From an uncultured Chloroflexia bacterium (lineage in GTDB: Bacteria > Chloroflexota > Anaerolineae > CG2-30-64-16), in contig CAWEMM010000006.1 of the NCBI GenBank assembly GCA_963810095.1, positions 352,001-416,000 of the forward strand: a DNA stretch of 64,000 nucleotides, in the 5' to 3' direction. The notes under the pieces are model-generated. The model was given only the letters and a program-made list of their open reading frames with translations, did not search any database and was not told the origin of the DNA. The position numbers and the translations under genes were made by a program. Shown one piece after another: positions 1 through 13,358 of the stretch; the first letter of the stretch is position 1; the number at the start of each line of letters is the position of its first letter.

Positions 1-1369
1 GTGCCGTATCGTGGAGGTCTGGGACCAGACCGACCCCGCCGGCCCTTCGCCCCGCACGGTATATGACCGCGCACTCTCGGCGAACTACGGAACGGTTCAC
101 ACGGCAGACGACATCACGCGCTACATCGCGTCGAATACCGTCCCCGACAAGTTGGCCCGGGGAGCCCCCCACGGCACCCATGTCGCTAGCATCGCGGCCG
201 GCAGGGCGCTCGGCGTCATCGCACCCGGTGCGACCGCGGCGTACGGCGGCGGGGTTGCCCCCGGCGCCCGCATCGTCGCCGTGGTCACCAAGACCGACGT
301 CGAAGCGGGCGACCCATTCAGCCTGGGGTACTCGACCAGCCACTGCGATGCCCTGGCCTACGTCCGTGCCGTCGCCGACCGGCTGAGGCTGCCCCTGGTC
401 GTCAACGTCAGCCAGGGCATGAATGCCGGAGCGCACGACGGAACGTCGCTGCTCGAGACGGCCTTTGACGAGTTCACGGGCGGCGGCCGCGATCCGGGCG
501 TTGCCATCGTGAAGGCGGCGGGCAACGAGCGAAATTTCGCGGGCCATGCGGCCCTCACCCTCGGATCCAACATGCTCGACACCCTCACGTGGGAGTCCCG
601 GGCGCTCAGCCGGCCGCAGGACGTCTTCGAACTGTGGTTTGAAGCCTGCGACGAGCTGCGCTTCACGGTGGTCGATCCGACCGGCGAGCGCGTTGGGCCC
701 GTGAGTTGGTCCGCGCTCGATGTGAGCCAGCCGCTGCTTTCGGGCAACGTCGTTTCGATGAGCTACACCCGCTACCACCACGACAACGGCGACAGCCGCT
801 TGGTGCTGACGGTCGACGTGGGGCTGGGCCCGGCCGATCAGATTGCCGCTGGCGGATGGTCGCTCGAGATCGAAAGTGGGCTGGTGCGCTCCGACGGCAT
901 CATCGACGCATGGGTCGAGCGGAACAACAGCCGGCCGGTTCTCTTCACAAACCATCTGGCCGAGCAAAGCACGCTGACCATCCCCGGTACGGCCCGCACC
1001 GTTATCGCGGTCGGCGCGGTCACCGCGGCCCTGCCGCTGTGGACGCCTGACTTCACTTCTTTCGGGCCGACCCGTGACGGCCGGCAGAAGCCTGAGGTGG
1101 TGGCCCCCGGCGTTAACATCGTCGGCGCAGATGCGCGCACCGGCACAGGCTGCTCGGTCATGTCGGGAACGAGCATGGCTGCGCCTCATGTCACCGGGGC
1201 CATTGCCCTGCTCTACTCGCACCTGAGCAAGCGGAAGCAACGGCTGCCGAACGCAGCACAGATCCGCGCCGCACTGACCCAGCAGACCCAGAACTTCACT
1301 GGCCGCTTCACCCCGGGCGGAGGTTACGGGGTGATCGACGTACAGGCACTGCTGGACGCGTTCAGCTGA
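1..1369 (+). CDS. S8 subtilisin-family serine protease with large insert (CspA/CspB-like), 5' truncated by window edge
   Basis: HGTHVASIAAG (catalytic His), AAGNE oxyanion Asn, GTSMAAPHV (catalytic Ser); catalytic Asp lies upstream of the window. Confidence 0.9.
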   Translation, partial: CRIVEVWDQTDPAGPSPRTVYDRALSANYGTVHTADDITRYIASNTVPDKLARGAPHGTHVASIAAGRALGVIAPGATAAYGGGVAPGARIVAVVTKTDVEAGDPFSLGYSTSHCDALAYVRAVADRLRLPLVVNVSQGMNAGAHDGTSLLETAFDEFTGGGRDPGVAIVKAAGNERNFAGHAALTLGSNMLDTLTWESRALSRPQDVFELWFEACDELRFTVVDPTGERVGPVSWSALDVSQPLLSGNVVSMSYTRYHHDNGDSRLVLTVDVGLGPADQIAAGGWSLEIESGLVRSDGIIDAWVERNNSRPVLFTNHLAEQSTLTIPGTARTVIAVGAVTAALPLWTPDFTSFGPTRDGRQKPEVVAPGVNIVGADARTGTGCSVMSGTSMAAPHVTGAIALLYSHLSKRKQRLPNAAQIRAALTQQTQNFTGRFTPGGGYGVIDVQALLDAFS

Positions 1370-1464
1370 CACCGGGATCACACCGGCTCGGGGCGTCTGG
1401 CCGTCGGGGTGACGCACCGAGCAAGAACGTCGCTTATTCTGGCGTTTTCTGTAGGAGGGGTTCG

Positions 1465-2709
1465 ATGTCCGAGATCGATTTTGTCTTCGAGGGTGGTGGG
1501 GCCAAGGGGATGGTGTTTGTCGGCGCGTTGCAGGAACTGTATGGCACCAACCGTTACACCCCGGGCCGGGTGCTGGGCACCTCTGCCGGTGCGATTACGG
1601 CCGCGCTGATGACTGCGGGCTACACGCCACAAGAAATGCTGGTCGCGCTGGCCGAGAAGGATGCGAACGGGAAACCCGTTTTCGCGGCGTTCATGGGCGA
1701 GCCGGCCGCGTTCGACGCAGCCGCCGTCCGGGGCAGCGACATCCGGAAGCTCCTCGGCGAACTCAACGTGCCGATCCTGCCCGACGGTACCGAGGCGAAG
1801 GTCGACGACTGGATCGCGACCCGGCTGGCGGGCGATGAGCGCGGCCGGCACCTGTTCGCGTTCGTGGAGCGCGGGGGTTGGTACTCGGCCGACGCCTTCC
1901 TGGCGTGGCTGCGGCAGAAACTCTGTACGGGGCAGTACAACGGGCAGCCGCGGGCGTTTGCGGACATGACGCTGAGCCAGTTCCATGACGCGACGGGCCG
2001 CGACGTGACACTCGTCGCCGCCGACACGACCTGGCAGCGCATGCTGCTGCTCAACCACCGCACTGCGCCCCAACTGCCGCTGGTCTACGGCGTGCGGATG
2101 TCGATGAGCGTTCCGCTGCTGTGGGAGGAAGTCGTGTGGCAGGCCGAGTGGGGTTCCTACTACACGTGGGACCCGAAGAGCGAACAACTGGCGCCGAACG
2201 ACATGACCGGCCACGAGATCGTCGACGGCGGTCTGCTGTCGAACTTCCCCATCTCGCTCTTCATGGCGTCGCGTGCCGATGTCGCCGCCATCGTTGGTCC
2301 GCCCAAGGCCAAAAACGTGCTTGGCCTGTTGATTGACGAAACCATCCCCGTGCCCAACCGGCCGGCCCGGCCCGCGGCCGCAGGACTGGGTGCGGCCGTC
2401 GGCGCCCTCATGGTCGTGAAGCGACTGCAGCAGTTGGCTAATACCGCCACCTGCGCGCATGACAACATGGCCAAGGCGATCTTCGCGGCCAACGTCGTCC
2501 GGCTGCCTGCCGGCGGCTACACCACGACCCAATTCGACATGACGGATGAAGAACGCAAGGCGCTGATCGACGCAGGGCGGAACGCGATGCGCGACTTCCT
2601 GTCCACGCAGACGGTGCTCGAAGCCGCGGGAGGCGAGATCGACCTGTCTGTGACGGATGCGGCACGGGCGGCCGCCAACGCTGCTGCGGGCGCGATCGTC
2701 GGGCCCTGA
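1465..2709 (+). CDS. Patatin-like phospholipase
   Basis: FEGGGAKG glycine loop, GTSAG nucleophile, DGG motif; AGGAGG RBS. Confidence 0.9.
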   Translation: MSEIDFVFEGGGAKGMVFVGALQELYGTNRYTPGRVLGTSAGAITAALMTAGYTPQEMLVALAEKDANGKPVFAAFMGEPAAFDAAAVRGSDIRKLLGELNVPILPDGTEAKVDDWIATRLAGDERGRHLFAFVERGGWYSADAFLAWLRQKLCTGQYNGQPRAFADMTLSQFHDATGRDVTLVAADTTWQRMLLLNHRTAPQLPLVYGVRMSMSVPLLWEEVVWQAEWGSYYTWDPKSEQLAPNDMTGHEIVDGGLLSNFPISLFMASRADVAAIVGPPKAKNVLGLLIDETIPVPNRPARPAAAGLGAAVGALMVVKRLQQLANTATCAHDNMAKAIFAANVVRLPAGGYTTTQFDMTDEERKALIDAGRNAMRDFLSTQTVLEAAGGEIDLSVTDAARAAANAAAGAIVGP

Positions 2710-2728
2710 GGCTGGCGCTAAGGACAAG

Positions 2729-2755
2729 AAAAAGCCCGGACAGCGCCGTCCGGGC
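2729..2755. terminator. Hairpin GCCCGGAC-N6-GTCCGGGC with A-tract on left (U-tract on minus strand)
   Basis: Perfect 8-bp stem just after the patatin stop. Confidence 0.5.
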
Positions 2756-2912
2756 AGAAGCATTCTGGAGACGAAACGGGTCCTTCGGCTGGCATCTCGG
2801 AGACGCCGCCGCGGCTCTTTGCCTCAGATTTGCCCACACTAGCAGATACGATTTTTCCTGCCAGGAGGTTCCACAAGCTATACTGCAGACAACTCTGCAG
2901 AAAGCATCGTCA

Positions 2913-4388
2913 ATGACCATCCAACATCTGGCGCAGTTGATCTCCTACCCCGATTCACTGGGAGGCGACCTCCGCGGCCTCCACCAGTTCCTGCAGCGCG
3001 ATCTTCGGGGCGTCTTCGGCGGGGTCCACGTGCTGCCGCCCTTCCCTTCGTCGGGCGATCGCGGCTTCGCGCCGACCGACTACCGGCGCATTGAGCCGGC
3101 GTTCGGCACATGGGAAGACCTGGCGGCCATCGGCGCCGAGTTCGACTTGACCGTCGACCTGATGGTCAACCACATCTCCCGGCGCTCCCCCGAGTTTCAG
3201 GATTTCCTCGCGCACGGCCGAGCGTCGCCGTTTGCCGACCTGTTCATTACGCTGGAAAAGGTGTGGCCCGGCGGCGAACCGCATCCTGAAGACGCAAGCC
3301 GCATCTTCCTCCGCCGGCCCAGGCCGCCCTTCTCCAGCGTAACCGTCGCCGAGACGGGTGCGGTCGAGCGCATCTGGACTACGTTCGGCAAAACCGAGCC
3401 TTCAGAGCAAATCGACCTCGACATCCGGTCGCCGCTCACCCGGCGCATGATCGTGGACCATCTGCGGTTCTTCCGCGAGCGCAACGTGCGGATCGTCCGC
3501 CTGGATGCCGTCGGCTATGTCATTAAGAAGCCGGGACGAGCTGCTTCATGGTCGAGCCGGAGATCTACGAGGTGTTGGACTGGCTGACAGAGGAAGCGGA
3601 CGCCCTGGGGTTGACCTTGCTGCCCGAGGTGCACGCCGAGCCGGGCATCCAGAGCAGGCTGGCGGAGCACGGCTACTGGGTGTACGACTTCGTGCTGCCG
3701 CTTGCTCGTGCTGCACACGATCGACCACGGGTTCGGGTGCGAAGCTAAGCGCCTATCTCAGAACGCTGCCCGCGCCGGCAGTTCACCATGCTCGACTGCC
3801 ACGATGGCATCCCCGTTCAGCCCGACCTCGACGGGTTACTGACGCAGCGACGAGATGCAGGCCGTGGTGGATCAGTGCCTGGTGCGCGGAGCCAACGTCA
3901 GCCCGCTGCTGAGCGTTGGCGGGCAGCCCGCCCGGACGTGCGAGGCGCACCAGGTTAACATCACCTACTACTCCGCGCTCGGTGAGGACGACACGGCCTA
4001 CCTGCTCGCCCGTGCGCTCCAGTTGTTCGCGCCCGGCATTCCGCAGGTGTACTATGTCGGCCTGCTGGCGGGCAAGAACGACGCCAGGGCCGTCGCGGCC
4101 GCCGGGGACGGCCGGGCCATCAACCGCCACAATTACACGGCCGGCGAGGCCGAACGAGACCTCCGTAAGCCCGTCGTCCAGCGGCTGCTGGCCCTGATCC
4201 GCCTGCGGAACGAGCACCCGGCGTTCCGCGGCGCGTTGACCGTGCTCGACGCGGCGCCGCACGAGGTGCGCCTGGAGTGGCGCCGCGACAAAGCTTACGC
4301 CCGGCTGGAGGTCGACCTGCGCGTGCCCCGTGCGCTGGTGACGTGCGGGGATGGCGAGCGAGTGACGCACGAGGAACGCATCGGCTGA
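2913..4388 (+). CDS. GH13_18 sucrose (6'-phosphate) phosphorylase-like, frameshifted
   Basis: QLISYPDSLG, RLDAVGY, LPEVH, LDCHDGIP and HQVNITYYSAL spread across successive frames. Confidence 0.85.
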
Positions 4389-4389
4389 C

Positions 4390-5160
4390 TCAAGGGGATA
4401 GGTCGCCCGGCGTGTCGCCGCCCGGCGTGTCGCCGCCCCCGCCCACGTCGCCGCTGCGCTTCGGCCGGGGTTTGGGCTTAGGCCGAGGCTTGCCGCTCGG
4501 TTTGGACGAGGGCTTGGGTTTCGGTTTCGGCTTTGCACCGGTTGCGGCGTGCGCTGCGGGCTTGGGCTTCGGCTTGGCCGACGCGCTGGGTTTGGGCCGG
4601 GGCTTGGCCGTGGGCTTTGGCTTGGGTTTGGGCTTCGGCTTGGGTTTGGGCTTCGGCTTCGACTGGGCCGACGTCTTGCCGAGCCCGAGCGCCTTGAGCA
4701 CGGCCACGATCACCCCGAGCGCGCCCTTCTTGTTCAGCCCCGTGCGGCGCATAATCTCCTGCAGCAGGCCCGTGCCTGACAGCGCGTCGGCTGCGCCCGC
4801 CTTACCCTCCGCCAGGTCAACCAGCGCGGCCCGCGAGACGCCGCCTTCGGCCTGCTCGCCGCGCAGCAGGGCGCCGGCAAGCAGGGGCACGATCGCCTGG
4901 AGTACCGCCGGAGAAATTCCTGACTCGCCTGCCTGGGCGGAAACGTCGAGGGTGTCGCCACCCATCAGCGCGCCCAACAGGTCGCCCAGCCCACCGCCCT
5001 GCGCCGCGAGACCGCCTGTGGTCTCCGCGGCATCGGCGCCGCCCAGCAAGCCCCCGAGCAGCCCGCCCAGGTCGATGCCGCGGTTCGCGTCCGGGCCGCT
5101 GAGCTCCTCGCCCGGCGCGGCCTCACTGCCGTGCGGGTCCGTTTCGTCTGGCCGCTTCAT
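4390..5160 (-). CDS. Hypothetical protein with Gly/Leu-rich N-terminus (DUF937-like) and Lys-Pro repeat tail
   Basis: 256-aa ORF with GGGAGG RBS; (KP)n tract; GGDTP tandem repeat at C-terminus. Confidence 0.6.
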   Translation of the reverse strand: MKRPDETDPHGSEAAPGEELSGPDANRGIDLGGLLGGLLGGADAAETTGGLAAQGGGLGDLLGALMGGDTLDVSAQAGESGISPAVLQAIVPLLAGALLRGEQAEGGVSRAALVDLAEGKAGAADALSGTGLLQEIMRRTGLNKKGALGVIVAVLKALGLGKTSAQSKPKPKPKPKPKPKPKPTAKPRPKPSASAKPKPKPAAHAATGAKPKPKPKPSSKPSGKPRPKPKPRPKRSGDVGGGGDTPGGDTPGDLSP

Positions 5161-5181
5161 TCTGCCCTCCCGGCGCGGATT

Positions 5182-5723
5182 CTACCACAACTCGAACGGC
5201 CGCCACTCGGCGGTCAGCGGCTGAGAAAGGTCCAGGCTGCCCGTTCGGGGCGTACGATACACCAGGACCGTTTCATTCGGCGTTTCGCTCACGGCGCCGT
5301 CCTTGTCGATCCACAGCGGCCCTTGCCAGCGCTCCCAGCCGAGCTTCACATACCAGGGCTCCACGGCGGGCGAGAGCGCGCCGAGCGGATAGGGGGCAAT
5401 TTCGGCCTGGAGCCGGCGCATGACTGCCTCGCCGTAGCCATGCCGGCGATAGTCGGATGTGTCGCCACCCCTTCCACGTAGGCGGCCGTGAACCAGGGCC
5501 CTTCTCCGACCCGCATGGGCCGGTCGAGCCACAGCGCGTGGGAGACCAGGCGCTCGTCCACGTAACCGAGCACGTGCGTGCGAACGGGGACGAGGTCGAG
5601 CAGGTATTGGTAGTCGATGTTGAAGACCCCGCCGCAGAGGTCGACAACCGCGGCGGTTTCCGCGGGGGTCAGGTCCGCTGACCGCACAACTTTCTCTCTG
5701 AAACAACTACCAGTCATTCTCAC
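5182..5723 (-). CDS. GNAT acetyltransferase, aminoglycoside 2'-N-acetyltransferase (AAC(2')-I)-like, frameshifted
   Basis: AYVEGVAT..YRRHGYG..LGALSP..GWERWQGP..LTAEWRPFELW resembles the AAC(2')-I family. Confidence 0.7.
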
Positions 5724-5756
5724 GAATCCTATCAGCCCAGTTGTCGAGAGGACAAA

Positions 5757-5791
5757 AATAAGTCCCGACTCGCGATGAGCCGGGACTTATT
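5757..5791 (-). terminator. Intrinsic terminator of ppdK
   Basis: AATAAGTCCCGGCTC..GAGTCGGGACTTATT followed by T-tract on the minus strand. Confidence 0.75.
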
Positions 5792-5817
5792 ACAGTGTAT
5801 GAGCCGTAACGACGCGC

Positions 5818-8563
<2,746 letters not shown>

Positions 8564-8818
8564 AATACTGGTGCCTCCTAAAGAATGCGCCGCGCCGTCG
8601 CGCCTGGTAGGGGGTCAACGGAGCCGTCAGGACCCCAGCAGCACGTACGGCGGCGAGACGAATGTCCGGTCGATGGTTTATGTCGCGTAACACCGCCCGA
8701 AGCATCCACTTCGGGCGGTTCTGAACGATTATAGATGAAGGGGGGAGTTTGGCCAAAAACCGGGCGCAAAGCCCTGAGCGGGGAGGTTAGCCGCTGGCCG
8801 GAGCACGGACCGCGCCGG

Positions 8819-9115
8819 TTAGTCGTTCCAGCGCTCGTCGTCGATGCCTTCTTCTTCTTCCTCTTCCTCTTCCTCGTCGAGGTCGTTCCAGCTGTCTTCG
8901 CCGAGCTCGTCGATCTCCAGGTCTTCCTCGTCTTCATCTTCCCAATTGAGGTCTTCGACCTGGCTCGGCAGATCCATCTCGTCGCCCGCTTCTTCCGGGA
9001 TTTCCTCATAGGTCGCGCAGTAACCCTCGCGATCGATGCGGATCTCTTCTGCGCCGCAGACGCCGTTGTCCCAGTTGACACAGTCGGCTAGCTTGCAGAA
9101 AACCTTAACGCTCAT
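8819..9115 (-). CDS. Small Cys-rich protein (DUF1540-like) with acidic tail
   Basis: C-x4-C-x7-C..C pattern followed by E/D-rich tail; GAGGAG RBS. Confidence 0.7.
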   Translation of the reverse strand: MSVKVFCKLADCVNWDNGVCGAEEIRIDREGYCATYEEIPEEAGDEMDLPSQVEDLNWEDEDEEDLEIDELGEDSWNDLDEEEEEEEEEGIDDERWND

Positions 9116-9287
9116 GGCTCCTCCTCGCGGACGCGGGCATGGTTAGGGTGAGGGGCTACGCGTGCACGCTGCGCCGGCCTATCGGCGTTGCACACGTCCA
9201 CGCGGGCGGGAGAATGCCACAAGTTGCGTAAGTGTGCAAATCGCGGTCAGGGGGTATGGATGGGACGCGCTCTGCGCCGCCCGAAGA

Positions 9288-9324
9288 GAAAGCCCCCGCC
9301 CGAACGAATCGAGCGGGGGCTTTC
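9288..9324 (-). terminator. Intrinsic terminator after ExeM gene
   Basis: GAAAGCCCCCGC..GCGGGGGCTTTC inverted repeat. Confidence 0.7.
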
Positions 9325-9363
9325 GCATCACCTATCAGGAGCGACTACGACACGGACCAGACA

Positions 9364-12300
9364 CTAGGGCCTGAGCCCGAAGTTCACTGTGGCAGTCTGG
9401 CCCGTTGCCGGAACCGTCACGGTGATCTTGTACGTGGCCGGACGGGTCGGGCAGCGACTTGGTGCCCAGGTTGTAGATGTACTGGTTATCAGGTGCGCCG
9501 CTCCACCGCATGACGCCGTGGTGTCGCGTTGCTGGTACGAGATCGGCTCGTTGATGCTTGCCCGACGGGTGTAGCCCGACAGGCCAGCACTGACCTTGAT
9601 CGTCGGCGCCAGGTTCGACGGATACGAACCGTCGCAGTTCTGGAACCGGATCTTGACCGGGATGGTGCTGCCGTACTTGAACACGCTGGTGCCATCCGGG
9701 TTGAGCGGCTGCAGGAAGCCGCTGGTCTTGTAGTTGACCGTAACCGATCGCGGTTGCCGAGCCCGCGCCGCCGTCGTCGTCGGTCACCGTGATCGCTGCC
9801 GTGTAGGTGCCCGCCGTCGCATAGGTGTGCGCGAGCGAGAACGAAGTGACGTAGCCGGGGCGACGTTCTGCGTGTTGCCGTCGCCCCAGTCGATCACGGC
9901 GCGTGTGCGTGTCGGCGACGCCGGGATCGGTGAAGGTCGACAGCGAGCGTGGCGTTGTTCGGGCCGCAGCTCACGCCCGGGCCGCGCTGAACGACGCCGT
10001 GACGGTCGGGGCCACGTTGTTGACGTTAACGGTCGCGTGTGGCCACCGTGCTAAAGCCAGCGGGATCGGTTGCCTGCACCTTGACGGTGTAGCTCGAAGG
10101 CCCGTCGAGTTGCGAGGCATCGAACGTCGCCGACTGCCCGCTCGTCTCGAACGTGCCGTCGTTGTCCAGGTCCCACGCGTACGTGAGCGTGTCGCCGTTC
10201 GGGTCCGAGCCGGTCGCGCTCAGCGTGACGCTGCTGCCTTCGTTCACCGAGTACGGCCCGCCGGCATTGACCGTCGGCGGCGCGTTCGGGGTGAGGCCGA
10301 CGACGACCGGGTCATGATCCGAGATGCGGAACTGATCGGGTGCGTAGAGGCTGTTGATCAGGTTGGCCGTCTTGAAGTCGGTGTTGTAGTCGAGCACCGA
10401 GGGCTCGTCGGCGTTGATGTGGTAGTCGGCTACGCCGCGCGACCTGGCCACGAGGCTGGCCGAGCCGAGTGGCATGGTCGAGATAGCCCCACTGCCCGTC
10501 GAAGACATAGGAGTAAGCGTCCGGGCCGACGAAGGACGCGATCAGGTTGGTGAACCCGCCGTTCTTGATCGTCGTGATCGGGTCTTCCATCGCGTAGGAG
10601 TTGTAGTCGCCGAGCATGAGGATGTCCGGATCGCCCGTGCCGGTCGGATCGGTGGCGAACCAGCTCAGTCAGCTCGTTGGCCGCATTGACGCGCACCTGG
10701 TTGCAGTTGCCCTGCCCATCGCCCGTATCCGGCGCATCACAGGCCGAGCCCTTGCTCTTCAGGTGGTTGATGTCGACGATGAAAATCGCGCCGGTCGCGT
10801 TGACCTTGAAGGCCTGCATCAGCGACGGGCGGCTGCGCGGCGCGCCGTCGCCGCCGTTGACGAACGCGACCGAATTCAGTACAGCCGTCTGGCCGACCGG
10901 CGTCACCACGGCCGGCTTGTAGACCATGCCGACCTTGATCGCGTCGGTGCCGAGCGCATTGACCTGCCCGGTGGTCGCATCCGCATCGATGAAGGCGTAG
11001 GTGCCCGGCGCAGTCGCGGCGTTGAGCTTGTCGACCAGGAACTGCGATGGAGCTGTCGGGCCGTAGCCGTCGTTCTCGATTTCGTTGAACCCGAAGACAT
11101 CCGGGTTCATCGCCAGTCATGGCGGCAACCGTCTTGGGCCACTGGCGGTCGAACTCGGTTGAGTGTCTGCGCCGCGGCAGTCGGTGGCCAGCTGCCGACG
11201 CCGTTGTAGCAGTTGTCGACGTTGTCCGTGCAGCCGTCGAACGTGTTGAAGAAGTTGAGCAGGTTCATGCCGACGACGCGGACGGTGCCGCCGACCTCAG
11301 GTGCAGAGGTCGGCCGCGGGTTGGCCGCGCTCGAAGTTCACGTAGCCGTCCAGCGCGTTGATCGGGCGGATGCGGTAAGCGTTGGCGCTGGCACTGTTGC
11401 CGCGCCCAGGTGTAGTTCAGTACGCCCACGATGCCCGTCGCCGTGTCGCCGCCGCGCAGCGTGTTCGACGCCGACAGCGGCTGCCCGCCGCGGGCAAAGA
11501 CGATCGGGTCGGGGTTCTGCGCCTGCGACGCGTCGTCCAGGATGATCTTGTTCAGGTTGTTCTGCGCCTGCAGTGCGTTCGCAGCGGTCGCCCGGCGTCG
11601 ACGACGTTGGTCGGCTGCTTGAGGCGCGGCCGCCGGACGAGAGCACCACCTGGCCGAACCGGCCAAGCTGGAAGTGCTCGGTCACGTACATCGTCTGCGG
11701 CAGGCGGACGAGCATGCCCTCGTACTGCTCGAGGAAGTCAGCGCTCGCGACCGGGAAGGTCACATCGGTCGGGGTGACGCGTGCCCGTGCCGCACTTGAC
11801 GATCGTGCCGACGCTGATCTGGCTCTGGCCCTGGTTCTCGCCTGCCGTGCCCGTCACGCGCACCACATCGCCCAGGGTGACGGTGTCGGCGTTGCTGCCC
11901 TCGAAGACGAAGATGCCGTCCGAGGTAGCCGGGTTGCCGTCGCCGGTCGGGTCCTGGATGTAGAAGCCGCGGAGCGCGGGGGAAGCGCCCTCGTAGTCGG
12001 CCACCACAACGCCCTGGGTCGTGCGGGTGCCGGTGAGGGCAACCGTCGCGCCGCTGCCCTGGATCTGCCGGGATGGGCGTGTAAGGCTGCGCGCAGACGT
12101 TCGTGTCGTCGTTGGTGATCGTGCCCTGCCCCTGACCGTCCGTGACGGTCGCGCCGGTGACATTGGTCACATTGACGAAGAAGGTCTCGTCCGGCTCACC
12201 GTCGTATCGCCGTTGACCAGCACGCTGAAGGTGTAGGTCGAGCTGCCGGCCGGGATTGTCTGGCCGGTCAGCGACTTGGCGGTGTAGTCAGCGGGAGCCG

Positions 12301-13181
12301 CAGCCGTATTGTCAGCGGTCGCGATGTCAAAGGTGACGCCGCCAGCGCCCGCAGGGTCGAGAGGCTAACGGTGAAGTCGAAGGTGGTCGTCCCGCTGTTG
12401 CCCTCGTTCAGGTTGACGTCGTTACGAAGGGAAGGTGTTGCCGACGATGTGCCTTCCGGACGTCAGCGAGAAATCATCAACTGAAAGCCCATCGTCGGCG
12501 CCAGGGATCAGGTCCGTATCCGCCCAGCGGAGCCAGAACGACGCACCATTCGCGATGGTCAGCCCCGTGATTGTGAACTAGACGGCGGTCCGGTTGGGCG
12601 AGACGTTGCCGTTCAGAGCTCCCACAGTGCCCGCTACCACCGGGCTGGAAAAGTCGAGGCTATCGAAATCTGTCCAGGTGCCAGTCGTGAGGCTGGTGGC
12701 GTTGCGTGCTCAGTTGGAAGTCGAGGCGGTCGGCGGCGCGGCCGGTTGTGTTCTGGCCCAGGCGCCATTGCTCGCCGGTATAGCTGATTTCAAGCGAAGT
12801 AATCGTGCCGCCGGTGTTGTTCGTGAACTGCGCGCCAATGAGCGGGACAAGGCTGCCGCTGCGCAGCCCGCCAAACGCCCGCTCGCTATTGCCGCGTTGG
12901 CGCCGAAGCTGTACGTATCGCCGGTGTTGTCAGAACCAGTTCCGGCTCTATACGTCGTATTTGCGTTCGTGCCACTCTCGCTGAATTCCCAGCCGTCGGC
13001 ACGGCCGTGTTCGCGGTTCCGCTGCTGGCCAAGTGTTGAAGTCCTGCGTGTAAGCGGTGCCGAATGCGGTCAGGCTAACGGTGCCTGCTGCCTGGGCCGG
13101 GGGGACTGCGCCCGGCAGCATGCCGAGCGCCAATGCCAGGATGACCGCGAGCATCGCGATCCTGGACCGGGAGTACATCAT
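9364..13181 (-). CDS. Secreted ExeM/NucH-family endonuclease (signal peptide, Calx-beta-like, OB-fold, EEP, PKD-like, PxKF-like C-terminus), heavily frameshifted
   Basis: GFYIQDP..TSDGIFV, EQYEGMLV, NHLKSKGS, LGDYNSY..EDPI, YHINADEP, SDHDPVVVG, FKYGSTIPVK in successive frames. Confidence 0.85.
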
Positions 13182-13358
13182 CGATTCCTCCAAGGATAGT
13201 GGTGGGTGCGCGTGTGCTGGAAATAGCGCGCGAGGGTTTTGAAGCAAAACGTACGGAGGAATTATAACGGAGGCCCCCGCCGGCAGCAATTCTCAATGCC
13301 GCGGCAGGGCAACAAGCGGCCCTGCAAGACTAGTTTGCGCCTTGCAGGGCCAGTGGTG

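Noticed and set aside
4408-4665. Tandem repeats as a possible CRISPR array
   Set aside because: Coding repeats (KP, GGDTP) with no unique spacers and no cas genes
8692-8719. Hairpin in the ppdK leader as a riboswitch
   Set aside because: A single GC-rich stem with no recognisable aptamer
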